The translations under genes were made by a program, and so were the position numbers. A stretch of DNA of 64,000 nt from Azolla caroliniana (lineage: Eukaryota > Plantae > Polypodiophyta), in NCBI GenBank assembly GCA_043228905.1, contig JBHGNT010000002.1, forward strand, positions 26,226,001-26,290,000. Direction: 5' to 3'. Below are positions 1 through 13,849 of this stretch, piece by piece (the stretch's first letter is position 1; each line of letters starts with the position of its first letter). Below the pieces are notes generated by a model. It was given only the letters and a program-made list of their open reading frames with translations. It did not search any database and had not been told where the DNA came from.

Positions 1-2285
1 GGCCTCTCGAAAGGCAAGCGATCTTCAATGTATAAAGGCGAAAAGCCTCAAATGGACGGGAAAGGAAGCACATGTATGGATAAACGATATGTTTAATCAT
101 GCATTGCAACATGGTATGTCGTACGATTGGACTACAAATTGGATCAAACCTTTACATAAAGGTGGAGATGTAAATAATGTAAACAACTATTGAACCATCA
201 TGGTTGGCTTGCTAATGACAAAACTATTTGGATGTATAATGGAATCAAAGATAACTGTATGGGCTAGAAAAAATGGTAAGAGAGCTTATGGACAAGCTGG
301 CTTTCGAAAACACCATAGCATTATTGATCACCTTGTCACCCTTCGAGTATTAATGGAGGAAAGTTGCCTTAGAGTTAAAGGTTTATATTGTTGCTTTGTA
401 GACTTTAAGAAAGCTTTTGATATGGTTCCTCGTGAACATCTTTGGATGTGAATGGAAGAACTCAACATGCTAAGTGAATATATGTTTGCAATCTCTCGAA
501 TATATGAGAAGGTTATATGTTGTGTGCGTATGAGTGATACACTTTTAGTTTTTTTCAATAGCACTATTGGTGTTAAGCAATGATGCCCACTCTCACCAAC
601 ACTATTTGGTCTATGCATTGATGAATTGGAAGAAATGAATGCTAAGTGTAAAGAATGAGAGTGGCATGAGTGATGTTGTGCAGCGGAAGTAAAGTGTGTG
701 TGCGTGTGAGAGAGAGAGAAGCAAAGAGGAGAGGGAGAGAGAGCTGTTAACAAGAAGCTATATTAGTGAAAAAATAAATTACATCCAACAATATCTAGAT
801 TACAAAGAGTTGGTTTAAATACCAGCTAATCCAGGACAAGTGCCCTTTTTACTAATTACAAAACTAGCCTAGTATGATGTCCACTAGCTAGTGTGAACAC
901 TATCTCTAAGGGAAGTTGAGTTCGATTCTCAACACCAAGTTTGTAAAGGAAGAAGGTGTTGACGAAGTTACAATTGGGAATGTTGTGATTATGTTTTTGC
1001 TATATGCAGGTGATGTAGTGCTTTTTGCAAATACTCTAGGAGATGCACAAAAGCTTACGGAGGCATTGGAATTTTTTTGTATGCATACTAAATTAAGTGT
1101 CAATGGCTCTAAAACAAAGATTATGCATGTGAAGAGCCAAAAGAAGAAGAAGACATGCATTGTGTACAATAATGAGCCACTTGAATGTGTGGAGAGCTTC
1201 AAATATCTTGGCCTTGAAGTTCCTTCCAATCATGGATGGAATGAATGTGCTACACGCCGCTTAGAGGTGGGAAAGCGAGCATATTATGCATTTGAGAACG
1301 CATGTAATCGTGGAGATATTAAGTGTTGGGTCCTCAAGAAATACCTTTTCGACACTTTTGGTCACAACAGTGCTTCTCTATAGGGTGGAAGTATGGGGTT
1401 GTAGCATCCCTAAATCTACTAGAAAGAGTTTGAAAATGTCCAAAAACATTTTCTTACAAAGTTTCTACAAGTTAAGAAACAAACACCATACATCCTCCTC
1501 CTTGAGACAGGACCACTTCCCATTGAGATCATGGCCATGGAAAGGGGTGTTGAATACATGCTTAAGGTTCAAAAAAGTTCCTTGCATCGACTTCCCATAA
1601 CCACATGGGAAGCAAGCAAAAAGATCTAAAAGACGCATAAAAGCAATTTTTTGTGTTCTGGTTGGATGCAATATGAAAAGGTGGTTTGGTAGATGGGATG
1701 CAACACATTTGCTTCATGATGCATCATTGGATTTCTCTGAGGCATTTTTGCAATGCTAATGTATCATGACATGGGAAAAATGTGGAGGCTCATGCTTCAC
1801 AAATTATACTAGAAATTTTGCACCTAACTACAAAACCATATTCTTCGATGAACAAGGAAACCGTACACATCGATAAATGTTAGAGCCCATTTGATTGGTT
1901 TCCATTCAAACCATTGCTTCCATATGACTTAGCTCACATGCATTGCGATGTGAGACGAGGCTTTGGGGCACAAGTGATGAGAGCGGTTGACTATGCACAC
2001 TTTGCCCTAAATAAGTTCAAGAGTCTGAGTATCACACTTTGATACAATGTTCCGCCTTTGATAATATTCGAGCATGCTTTCCACACGTCTTCAACCAAGC
2101 CCAATCTTTGCATGAATTTTTCTCACAAGCATAATGTGCACTTTTGATTGCAACATTGATTGGTAAAGTTCTGGAACATTGAGGGTTGCTACTCACTTTC
2201 ACACGTATCACGTGAAATGTAATATTTTTGGTCTCATAGGTCATATTTGACGTCCGAAGACGATAATATAATCTATCTATCTCTC
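1..2285 (+). mobile_element. Degenerate non-LTR retrotransposon (RTE-like LINE): RT domain and C-terminus, running off the left window edge
   Basis: RT motifs in order: QAGFR, CCFVDFKKAFD, GVKQ*CPLSPTLF, LLYAGDVV (decayed YADD), FKYLG, then LLETGPLPIEI and SH.LRCET..C..C C-terminal motifs. Several stops and frameshifts; ends in an (ATCT)n-like tail at ~2270-2285. Confidence 0.9.
647..934. mobile_element. Solo LTR (288 bp) inserted in the LINE RT
   Basis: Ends TGTAAAGAAT...ATTCTCAACA (TG..CA, imperfect inverted termini). Flanked by CTAAG (642-646) and CCAAG (935-939), a 5-bp TSD with one mismatch. Removing it restores the RT frame ELEEMNAK|FVKEEGVDE. Confidence 0.8.
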
Positions 2286-4311
2286 TTGTGACATGGCATT
2301 CCTCATTTATATGGTCTATTTTGTGGGCTTTTGTTTTTTCATCTCCTCCTACACATGCGTTCGCGCCATTCCACTTTCATGGGACATGATCTCTAATCTC
2401 CTTCTCATTCCATCTATTTTGGTGTTTTCGACATACTCATCGTCCCACCCAATTCTCCCCTTTGATTAGTTGTGCTTTTTGACGTTACCAATCAATGACA
2501 CTTAGGTCTAAGCCAAAATAAACCCTTCAATTATGGTTTAGTTGCTTCATGGGGTTGAAACGGTTTTGCGTAGTTTGGTTTAAGTTCCAAAATTGGAATG
2601 TATTTTGTCTATAAGGTTTGACAATCAGGTTTGAACTAGGATTGGTTATAGTTTATCGAGCTCAAAACCATGGCATACACAACTTATAAAGTCATTTTTT
2701 ATACTTTACATAAATATATTAATCTTATCTCCTATGTCCTCTCCCATTATATGCTAAACGGTTTAAGCATTTTATGTAGTTTAAACAATTAGGATGATAT
2801 GGTATTAAATTGTTTTAAGTTTGAGGATGTTTTGACTGTTAAGTTTAGGTTCGAGGATATCTTGCATGGTTTTGGTTAAAAGTATTTTAGTTTGTTTTAG
2901 TGTCATAATAGGTTGGTTCGAACCAAAGCAAATCATACTTTATTATTGTTTTAACATATATATCTTAGCAGCAACGTTTTGTCAATACCCAAAGAAAACA
3001 ACATAGATATATCTTGGCACGTCTAACATTTCATGTTGTTAGAGACGTGTGCCATAACTTGATCTTGTTTGACATTCTCACATCCTTTAGTGTTTCGTTT
3101 ATTTTTGAACCAATTTTTCATATAGACTAGCCAGGGGGCAATTTGTGGTTGACTGTAAAGACCTTAATTATGTGTGGTTTGGCTTTATCATTTTGCCCAT
3201 AAATATAATTATTTAGAGAAAATGAAATCAACATTCCCAATCTCTCACCATGCAGACTTTTGTTCTCTAAAGGAAACATTGACATTTCATTTCAGACGTT
3301 CTATGACTAAAGCCCATGACATCCACAATTGCAAACTTTAATGTTAGGTAGCTTTTTTCTTTGTAGAGATGACCCTACATATGATAACTTCTCATTACCA
3401 AAACTCATTGGGATCTTACCTTGAAATCCAAGGTGCCAAGAACAACTGATAAAAGCAAATCGGTAAATGCATGTATTCCTCAAATACCGTTACCACTCTT
3501 CCACACTTCAAATTTAGGGGACTTGCACTTGTGTTTTTTGTGGTTTGTATAAGAGGTATCCAATGGTGGTGGTGATTTTGATGGTTGATGTTCTACTAGG
3601 AGACGTGGAATTACTCCGATGTCTACTCTTAGTTTGAGGTACCCTTGAATGACATGCAATCTAGGTAACTATAAAATCTATCATGCAAAAAGCCACATAT
3701 TACACTCCAATAGACACTTAAATTAACATTAAATCTTAAAATTTGTTACAAACCATGTCGTACTAGTAATGTCACATTGATCTGCCTTTTATAGGATTTG
3801 TTACAATATTTATCGTAGTTCATCTATATTTGTTTCTACTTGAACACCCAAGGCTTGTCTAGGAGTCAAATCTTTTAACATGTTCATGCTTGTAGATTGA
3901 AGATTATACAAGATCACAAAGTGAATTGCTAAAAACTATACTCTCGTTACTAGTTAGTGTCAATATCTTACAATCCTTTTCATGTTTGTGAATATTCCCA
4001 TAAAAGTTGAACCAAAACTATACTTATTACTAAGGGACGACACAACCATCTAGAAACATGCACAACCCATTTTTTACCAAACATTGCTATAATCAAGGCA
4101 TATGAAGTAAGGACCATAATCACGTTTGCAGTCTCTTAATCAGTGGTTAATCACAAAGGAGACAACAGGCGGTAGGTCACCCAATAAGGAACAGATATAG
4201 GGCAATACTTTTTTCCCTTTTTTCCTGAGCACATTAATCAGCATACAGAAATAATTAATGCCAACCAATGAAGATTTTTTGTGAACACCATTGAATGGGT
4301 GAGACGTAATG

Positions 4312-7034
4312 TTAAGGTGCTAGTTGCAACAGAAACAATTCACTGTTGAATGCAACTCCAGCTGAACTAGTGGGCATGAGCTCTCCATCAACCATACCAC
4401 CAAATACTAACACACCATGACCAGAAGGCAACGAGCTTGCCCCATGAAACGACCTCCTACATGGCACTTGACCCCATTGTTTCAACTTCTTCCAAAACTT
4501 CCTATCCTTGTTGCCAGGAACAACATTCTTCTTGAGATTCAGCTCAATGCGGCCTGACGATATATTATTATGTCCAACAGGTATCCCTGCACTCGGATCA
4601 AGCACCCAAACATCCCCTTTCCGACCTCTTTTAGCATCTTCCCCTCCGTATATAAGCACCCTTCCACCAAAGATTAGTGTTGCCGAATGTCCTGCCCTTG
4701 GTAATGGGACCTCGTGTTTTGGATGTAGTTCACATGCCCTCAACTCAACCCATTCGCCTGTTTCTCCTTGTATCTCAAGCATCCACACATCATTGAGAAC
4801 CTCAAACCTCGTTCCTCGCCCACCAAATAGAATCATCCTTTGCTCACCAATCCAATTTAAAGTATGACCCGAACGTGCAGGTGGTGAAACAGTCGTATTT
4901 ATCTTATGCCATGCTGGTAAGGGTTTCTGAGAGAGATCAAGCACCCATGTGTCATCAAGCCTGATACCATCAGATCCGATACCTCCAAAAATGGCAACTT
5001 TTCCATTTCCAGCATAACTGCCAGCGTGAGCGCCACGTGCACATGGCGAAGTCTCAACTTCTAAAGGTTGCCAGGATGAGATATTTCCATTGCTTTCCTT
5101 ATTGATCCAGGTATCATTTTGCCGTATGCCGTTATCATTGATGCCTCCGAAGAGCACGAGTGTGTCTTCAAAAACAGTGCAACTTTGTCCGAAACGCCCC
5201 CCGGGAATGCCCACACTGATTTGCTGCCATGAAACATTCTTGGAAACATCGATTGGTAACAGTGCAGCCCACGTATCGTCTAAGTGACGACCTGGCATGT
5301 AAATGTCGATATCAGTAAACAATTGATTGGATATATTTCAATTGATACAAGATGACATATCCAAATATTTCACTTTAACAGTATCCTATCCAACAATTAA
5401 ACATGAAACATGCTACAGATTCCAATAAAATACACACAAATATAAACAAAAACTTTCTGCTTGCTCCAGAGAGCCTTGACAATCAAAAAGTATGACAAGC
5501 AATTGGCATTAAAATTGAAGATTTCCCCAAAAACAGAATTCATGAAGTGAAAAGATAAAAAAGAGTCAATAAAAAAGCAAAACTTGCTTCTCTTCGTATA
5601 TGTGACATTGTCCCTTATCTATTTATGCTAAGATGTAGATGAACGCATTAAACTGAAAATGATTTCTTCTCTGAACAAATGAAAAAAAGAACAAATCAAG
5701 CAAAGATTCCACACTTGCCATCAACACCCGTTGCCTGATTTTCAAAGGTATGACATTTATCAAAAAGTTTGTTTATGTATTGGTCAACAGATGCTAGGGC
5801 CATACACCAGAGAGACAATGACTGCAGACGGCAAAGATAGCAGGGCGAAGTATAAAGGGCAATCTAGTAGCTTATCAATTTCTGATTTGAATAATGTCAC
5901 GCTAATATTACATATATGCCTATTGAAGCACCCATAGCTTACATATCTTGAAAATAAATGTTATAACTCATGAGCCTACAGTATAAAGGTCGGTGTTGAC
6001 TAAATCATAAAATGGAGCAAATGTGATACAGGTGTCTGATACACGTGTAAAATATGTTCAAAACAGTGCATGATCTGATACAGCGTTCACCCAAATAAAG
6101 AAAGCAAGAGTAGAGTACTATCAGTTCGGATGCCATAATCACATGAATGTGATATTCTCTATGCTTCATTACTCATGATTCACCAAACTGATTCAAGTAT
6201 CACAAATGCATAAATGTGGTTCTGCCATTGTTTCATGATTCAAAACAAGCTTCAATAAACACGTAAGGATAGTCAACGTAAACGAAGCATGTTGTTCTTG
6301 CATTACCATTTACAATTCAAGCACCACAATTTATTAAATGAGTACAAGTTAATTCAAGCATCTATGGGTTATAATTTCTATTACGAATTGATTTCTATTT
6401 ATGCTCAATGATTCAACAAATAAGTGAAAAGGGAAAAAAGAACAGCATAAAAAATGATGAACTCACCTCCATCCTGTCCACCTCCAAAGATCAGAAAGTT
6501 ATTGGAGAGCGTAGCCATAGAGTGAGAAGCTCGGGCTGAAGGAAGAATATCACCTTGATGAAGCCGATGCCATGTGATTGATCCAAGAGCTAACATCTTC
6601 CTGTAGAGTTCTTTCCATCCGAGTCCAGTTTTAACTCCTAGGCAAGGCCAAGAATCAACAGTTTTGCTCCCCCACTCTCTCCTACAGATGAGAGACCACA
6701 TGGCATCTGAATCTGCGATCCCTTGGAACCTTTTAGATGTCATGCTGAATGCAATAACCGAACGAATAGGCAAATACTCCAATATTGCAAGAATCTGATC
6801 TGAACCAAGCCCACATATTCCTTCTTTCTCTTCATGCTTATCTATATTTCCGTCCCTACCCTCATCCATTTGTATGCATATTTTTTCACAATTCTCACCT
6901 TGTTCTATGCTACTATACGATAGCCAGTCAATGGATGAACTCTTCTTTGCCTCCTTCCGATCACCTTCCATGTGTAAATCTTCGGAGTTTGCCCTATTTC
7001 CTTGTTCTGGTCTACAATAAAATGACCAATCCAT
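4312..7034 (-). CDS. F-box/kelch-repeat protein (At1g51550-like), 2 coding exons (7034-6467, 5291-4312), ~515 aa
   Basis: F-box (LGSDQILAILEYLPIRSVIAFSMTSKRF) followed by kelch repeats (RASHS, RFGQSC, RGAHA, RSGHTL, RAGHSA, RSFHGA with LFGG..DTW). GT-AG junction GGQDG|GRHLDDTW is in frame. Confidence 0.9.
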
Positions 7035-7353
7035 GAAGGATTTCCTTCCTTAACCTGCCTTGTTGCGTGTATTCAATAATGTTTTCTGCAGTATTAGGGC
7101 TTTTCCTTTTCTTTACTCTCTTTTTTTCTCCCCTCTATTTAGAGCTTGAAAGATGTGCAGGAATTTGAGGGTTAATTTCTGCATACGGTGAGCGTAGAGA
7201 CAAGAAGAAGATGGTGATGATGATAAAGAGAGGGAAAAAAAACTTCTTATCTGGAAAAATACATAGGATCAGAAGAAGAATATCTCTTCGTTGAACTTCT
7301 TCAGAGCTTGGTTATGGCGGGTTTGAAGAGTTTTGTTCTGTTTTCTTTCATCG

Positions 7354-7402
7354 TCTTCTTCTTCTTCTTCTTCTTCTTCTTCTTCTGCTGCTGCTGCTGC
7401 TT
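7354..7402. repeat. (CTT)n(CTG)n microsatellite upstream of the F-box gene
   Basis: Directly visible trinucleotide runs. Confidence 0.9.
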
Positions 7403-7522
7403 CTCGCTCTGTGTGGAATAATAAAAATAATAGTAAATTTAATAATAATAATAACTCAAAGAGTGAGTGGGTTTAGTAAAATTACACAACTACCCCTCCC
7501 TACCCTTTCTGGATATTTTTAT

Positions 7523-7839
7523 GGGAAAAGTACCAAGATACTCCTGGAAGTTCGTCTATTTACCAGAATGCCCCTGAAAGTTCCAAATTTACCAAACTAC
7601 CCTTATGTCCAAAAAATTACACTTTATAAAGTAATTATGTATACACTCAAATCTACAAGACCTATTTACCAAAGATGGAAGAAATGGAACCGAACTAGCC
7701 CTATTTACCAAATATTTGTGTGTATAATTACTTTATAAAGTGTAATTTTTTGGACATAGGGGTAGTTTGGTAAATTTGGAACTTCTAGGGGCATTCTAGT
7801 AAATAGACGAACTTCTAGGGGTATCCTGGTACTTTTCCC
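7523..7839. mobile_element. Mutator-type (MULE) MITE, 317 bp
   Basis: ~115-bp terminal inverted repeats starting GGGAAAAGTACC and ending GGTACTTTTCCC. Perfect 9-bp TSD TATTTTTAT at 7514-7522 and 7840-7848. Confidence 0.92.
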
Positions 7840-10169
7840 TATTTTTATCTCCAATTCATTCATTCAGACATTACCCCCACACCAAGTAAAAAGGCTCTCA
7901 AAACCTCAAAAGAGGCCTTATGTCGACCAACCAACAACTAGCACTATTTTGTGTACAAGAACCTTATGTAGTTATTCTTGAAAAACCCGATGACAAAACA
8001 CAAGCTTAATTGTTCAGGGAGCATTATCTAAAACTGTCGTTCACTGGCTTATCCCTGATATACCACACATGTTCACGCACGTGATAGAATAACTTCCCGC
8101 CAAGGATAATGGTAAAAGGAAGGGTAATATTGACCCTAAGGCCTCAACGTCTACCAATGTCATTCTTGCTCGTAATCGATCAACAATGCTAGAAATTGTA
8201 ATTTTCACATTTGACCAAGAATAGTTTATGCACGTATCGAAGTATTGACCTCAAGTAAGGTTCCTTCGTATAACTTGGGTAACATTAAGTGAAGGCTCTA
8301 CATTTATCTCAATGAATCACTAATGATTATAACTCATCAATATAACTTTAAATCATGATTTTCATTGGTTACCCAAAAGTATTGCTTCAATTTTGAAGTG
8401 TGGATATGAATTAATTATGGTAATTAGGGGTGCAAAACATTTGCCTGTGACTTCTAGCTACATTAGATGTGGTTAATCAATTGGTTTTAAATGGTTGAGT
8501 GTGTAATCAAGTAAGATATTTTGAATTCTTGCTTATTTGAATTGTATTAAGCCCAATAATTAATTGCTTCTTTTTGTTTCGTGCTTGAACCATTGCAAAT
8601 TCATGTCAACCTAGTTTGAGCCTCTGGTAAATTGATTTTAATTCCACATAATAAGTAACATTTATCCTCTTTTGCTCACTTTTGAACCATTATGAATTCT
8701 ATATAAATTAGAGTAAGATTTGATATTGAAAGCTAAATATTTAATAGTGGTCATAATAATTGTCAAGCTTTTCCAATAACAATAACTCAAAATGTTCAAA
8801 AGATACACGGAGTATAGTTGATGTTATATGTCCTTCATACTTATTCCTTGGTGTAGGATTGCCCAATAGAACAATCAAATGTTCAAAAGCTATGGGAGTA
8901 TAGTTGATGTCCTATGCCCTTCATCTTTAGTCCTTGGTTTGAGTAACTAAATGATTCTCAATTAGCTTTATTGAAGGTTCCATGCTTGGTAGCTTTGCCC
9001 ATGAATAAACGTTTCTATGAGCTCCCCTTACATCAATGTGCCCATCAATGTCATGACCATCTAGTGCATTTGGGTAAAACTTTTTTTGATGCTACTTCTT
9101 GATCATTATGAAGGGGAGCTCTAGAATATTAACATCCTCAAAATGAATAACAATTTGATCTTCCAAAAGATCCAATGACTCACTTCCATCAAAAGGTTTG
9201 CAAGAACAATCCTTCCTAGTAGGAACACAGAGATCAATATGAAGTTTGGAAATGCCAAATATGACCCCCAATTGTGTGATAGCTTGGAGAAACGAACACT
9301 TCCATGGCTGTTCATCGATGAATACAAAATTTTGAACGCATACAGCACTTTCTCAAATCCTCATACACTCATCTCACTTAATCAGCAAGCACTTCTAATC
9401 TTCTATATGCATCAACAACCACAAACACCTTGAAAAAGTTGGCATATCAATCACGGACCCAATATCTTTGTTGGTAGTTGACTCTATAAAGTTGATTGTA
9501 AAGTAAAGCCCATCAAACTGTACAAAGAAATATTTTATTTTCAAAAACAATGTGCAAGATGTTACACCAGATTGTGTATTATTTAGTGAACTAAATCATC
9601 TAATGTAACTTGTACAAAATGACGTTGTTTTAAATGAAGACGAAAAAATATAAAAATTAGCATTTTCAAAATAATTTCAATACATGAAGACTGCCATTTC
9701 TATACATTGATAGAAGTTTTACTCGCCATTTTATGCCGTGATATATTAGTGTGTTCCTTTTGCAACGCATTCTTAACTCTATTCAAAGAGAATAGACCAA
9801 GAAAACATCAAATTGTTGTAAGCAAAAAAGAAAACACCCACATTTTTACCTTAATATATGATTTTTACCTTACATTACATACCAAATGACTACTTTTGAT
9901 TCTTGAAGCTCCTATATATATGATTTTTACCTTAAGACACATCTTAGATGGATGTGATCTCTTTAAAGGAGGTACTGTGAGAATGCACATATACACTCAT
10001 AGACAACAGCATCTGTACATACCATCATCAAAATTCTACTGTTCTTATGAAGTTAGCATTAGTCTCAACAAATTATCTTATGCCACAAAATTTGTTTCTA
10101 ATACTCGGAGATTACATGATATCGCATCATATATTGGATGCTTTGGTCATCTATGATATTGTTGGATGT

Positions 10170-13100
10170 TCAGTTCAGCGTAGTTGTCTGCAAAAATAAG
10201 TGAAACATGCTACTTACTCAGGAAGAATGGTATATATAAATCAGTACAACAATACCAAATGAAATGTGTTATGCACTTCAGAATACTGCTATAAGATTTT
10301 ACTTCCTGAAGCATAAAATCCATAAACAATGGTACAATGCAATGGTTGTAAAAGTGACCACAAAATATTATGAGGAACCATGATAAAAGAAAGATTTCTG
10401 TACCTTCCACAACCCATCATTGAGATAATGCAAGTTTTCGATGCCTATTCCTTTATTAATAGACTTTCTGCATAACCAAGCAAGAAAATACTGTTATACA
10501 TTAGCATGCTTTTCACATGAACAAACTTCTGTAAGTTCTCTAAATAGTAGGTTATGCACTGTTTTCTGTTATGGCTGGTAAATGGCAGATCCATATTGTT
10601 GCTCATGTTCAATACACACAATGACTTTACATACATGTGCACCAAGCAGTGGTGCATCTACTGTATGTGAAATAGAGACATATAAGAAACTTCATGTTTC
10701 AAACTACGAAGTACAAAAGAATTTGATGACAAATTCTAAGATCTATTCAATACTTCTGTTATTTTCTTACATGTCCTTGGCAGAGAGTTTTGTGAACCCA
10801 ATTGCCACAGCATGTTGCTTGCCTTCTGCCATGATACACTATATGCATGCAAAAAATTAGAATTAATATCTTTTTTCAGTGTAATAGAGCAATTTGGCCC
10901 ATTAAAAGATATCAATATATCTTTCTTTCTAGTAAAAGGTGTTTTATGATACAAATACAAGAAGACAAGATACAGAAATAGATTGCATGGTTACACAATC
11001 ACTACAAGATTCTCCATGGAAAATCAAGCAAAGAAAAAACAGTGAAATGTTATACAAGCAACAGCATGTGCCTTATGTAGCAAAACACAAGATTGCATAC
11101 TACTTTCCTTGGGTGGAAGATATCTGGAAGACCATAATGATATACAAATGGCCATAGGAGAACCCCTTTCAACTTGTGTTACCTCTGTTGCGCTCTTGCC
11201 TGCACCACCTCCTCAGTTTTCCTCCACTTTTTGATTAGACAATAAGATTCTTTTTAACGTTCTTTCTTGTTGTATTGATGACCTCTCTCTCCTCCCAGTC
11301 TATGCCCTAATGCTAAACCATGTTTTTAATAAATGCACACCTAAGTTCAAATCTCACTGCTCTCACTCATTTACTAGATGGCCTTATGAAATGTAGGGGG
11401 TTGAACACATGACATTATGGTTTCCCCAATGTTGATTACTTGTAGACAAAAAAGCTAATCTTAATGGTTTAAGGGTAGGATTAGAGGGTGTGGTGACACG
11501 TGGTGATCTGGGAGCCTAATGTGTTGGTGAGGCAAAGTTCATCTCGTCCTTTGGGTCTGGGGTGGTCAGTGTGCTTAAGAACCCTTAAACCATTCTTTTC
11601 TTAATCTAAATATTCAGTGCTTACCATTAATATTTTGACTCATAATATTTGGTATCAAAGATTGATATTGATGAGCTTGTTCATTAATGATTGTTTATCA
11701 ATAATTTATTTGATATTCGTTGATTATTAGTCGATTCGGTTAATCATGTGAGTCCCGTGCATTACACAGGTTTGCTGCTTCACACACATCCATTGGTGAC
11801 ATGGATGTCAAAACCACCAAGGTGGGTTGCTCAAGTATGTGTTATGTTGGACATGGTCAAACATGACAAGCAAGGCCAGGAAACAATGAACTTCCTTTGT
11901 TGTAAAGCCATTTATTCAAGGGGAAGAAAGAGAGAACAGAGGTAGCAATTTACAATTGGATGGATAAGTTTTGAAAAACATAAATAAGAACTTTCATTTT
12001 TTTGACCTCATTGTAAAACGAACATCTGGTTTTTTCCTAACAAAAGAGAACATTTCATATTACAGGAAACAGCTTTCGGGAACCTCTGTAAAAAGAATTG
12101 TGGTTTTTTCCTATTGAAAGAGAATATTTCATTTAGTCCAATAATTTATATTTCAAGAAACCTATTCTTAATCAATAGATGAATAAACCAGGAATTTTAT
12201 ACGAGGGCCTGATGTATCTTGAAGGTTTAAGAACAGATGACAAAAGCAGCAAACCATATAAGACTGACTATTAGATATAAAAGAATTAGTCATAAATGCA
12301 GCAAAATTCTACAAAATCTGAGCGATAAAACTAAGGGAAAAAAGTGAGATGGGGTTATCTGGAGTACAATCTTACCACAGGGGACTCGGCTTCTACACTT
12401 TCATCCAGTGAGCCACCAGGGGATGTCAAGCCAGGGCACATAATATTTGCTCCAGAAAGTACAAATTTGATAGCTCCTCTATCAACTCTAAATATCTTCA
12501 TTATTGATGGATCTACAAAACATGAACAATCATAAATATATCAAGGGCGGGAGCTGAGGATTCTTCAGCTGATAGACTTGGATCAAAATTCTTCATTTAG
12601 ACTTACATTGGTGCAAGAGTCGTAATGTTGGCATGTAGGGTCCATCTCGAATATTGAAAAACAGTGGTACATTGTTCACTACCACCAGGTTTACATGGTT
12701 CTGACTGTGCAAAAGAATGAATAAGATTTCATTTAACTCTCAAGAAAAATCGTACGCACATGCTTCAATTATGTCGAACGAACTAAAACACAAAAAACAA
12801 TGGTTACTACCATTTCGCAACGATGAGTGGTGACTTCTTGGGCAGTATGTCATCAAGTATCGGTTCCAATTCTGGATACTAGCATTAAATTATTCCAGAA
12901 GTTAATATAGATCAAATACACATGAATAACAAAAACTTAAAGAAATCGACCTCGCAAAGTATCATAAGTAATCAATCCCTCGCAAAGAGGGAAAAGCAAC
13001 AGGTCAAAAGGGTGAACTGCAATTGTAACCTATTAATTGCCTGGCTAGTCTTTGGAATCACCAAGAAACTAAAAACTTTTGACCTTAAAAGTATCATAAG

Positions 13101-13794
13101 TAATACCTAGCAATTAGTTAAGAGCAATAGGACAAAAGGATGAAGTGTAATCGTAACCTATTAATTGCCAGGCCAGTTCATGGAATCACCAAAACATTCC
13201 TATTATCATGGAAATTAACTTTCTTTATCATTTTGAAACTAGGTTTACCTGCTAAGATAATGGCTTTATTAATAGTGCACTATATGAAAGTGTAATAAAG
13301 CCCACCATTTACCACGATGCAACAAATTAGCAAATTCAAAGCAGGTTCGCGCAATGCCTGAACATAGGCTTCTGTTATTTTGCATGATACAGATTAAATA
13401 TCTCTAGTAGATCAAAATATTCCTCATATCTCCAAATCAAAGACACATACTCTATTTGCAAAACATATATATATATATACCTCCCCAGCAATACTCTGAC
13501 GAATTCTCCTTTGTACAGATGCCTTCACTTGATTTTGACCCGAGACTTCCTCATGACTAAACCTGTGAATGCATTATTAATATTCAAATTCCAAACCAGA
13601 CTTCTGGGAGCTTTTGTGAACAACAATGAATGATGCATTCATAAAACACAAGTAGAATTGAACACATTCAAAAACCCAAAGCCACTATCATCCTCTTTAT
13701 TCTAAGCAATAATAATGCCAAAGATACACGGATGTACAGGAGCCTCAAGGTTCATTTCAGATCTTTCTCTCTCTGAGACAACATAAGACAGAAC

Positions 13795-13835
<41 letters not shown>

Positions 13836-13849
13836 TACTTCTTGAACAT
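10170..13849 (-). CDS. MCTS1: MCT-1/MCTS1 (Tma20-like) PUA-domain translation reinitiation/recycling factor, 8 exons, ~181 aa
   Basis: Exons ~13849-13839 (MFKK), 13562-13481 ([24 protein letters not shown]), 12878-12811 ([23 protein letters not shown]), ~12705-12607 ([19 protein letters not shown]), ~12511-12376 ([25 protein letters not shown]), 10838-10771 ([13 protein letters not shown]), 10467-10404 ([18 protein letters not shown]), 10187-10170 (TTTLN*). All GT-AG. Essentially missed by the ORF track. Confidence 0.93.
11392..11450 (-). mobile_element. Decayed tRNA-derived SINE fragment in MCTS1 intron 5
   Basis: GTAGGGGGTTGAACACATGAC closely matches the B-box region of the SINE at ~24212 (ATAGGGGGTTGAACCCATGAC). 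Confidence 0.45.
12956..13192. repeat. ~130-bp imperfect tandem duplication in MCTS1 intron 2
   Basis: AAAGTATCATAAGTAAT...GTAACCTATTAATTGCC.GGC.AGT...TGGAATCACCAA occurs twice. Confidence 0.8.

Noticed and set aside
4508-5287. Antisense and alternate-frame ORFs over the kelch exon
   Set aside because: Shadow ORFs of a real coding exon with no independent features.
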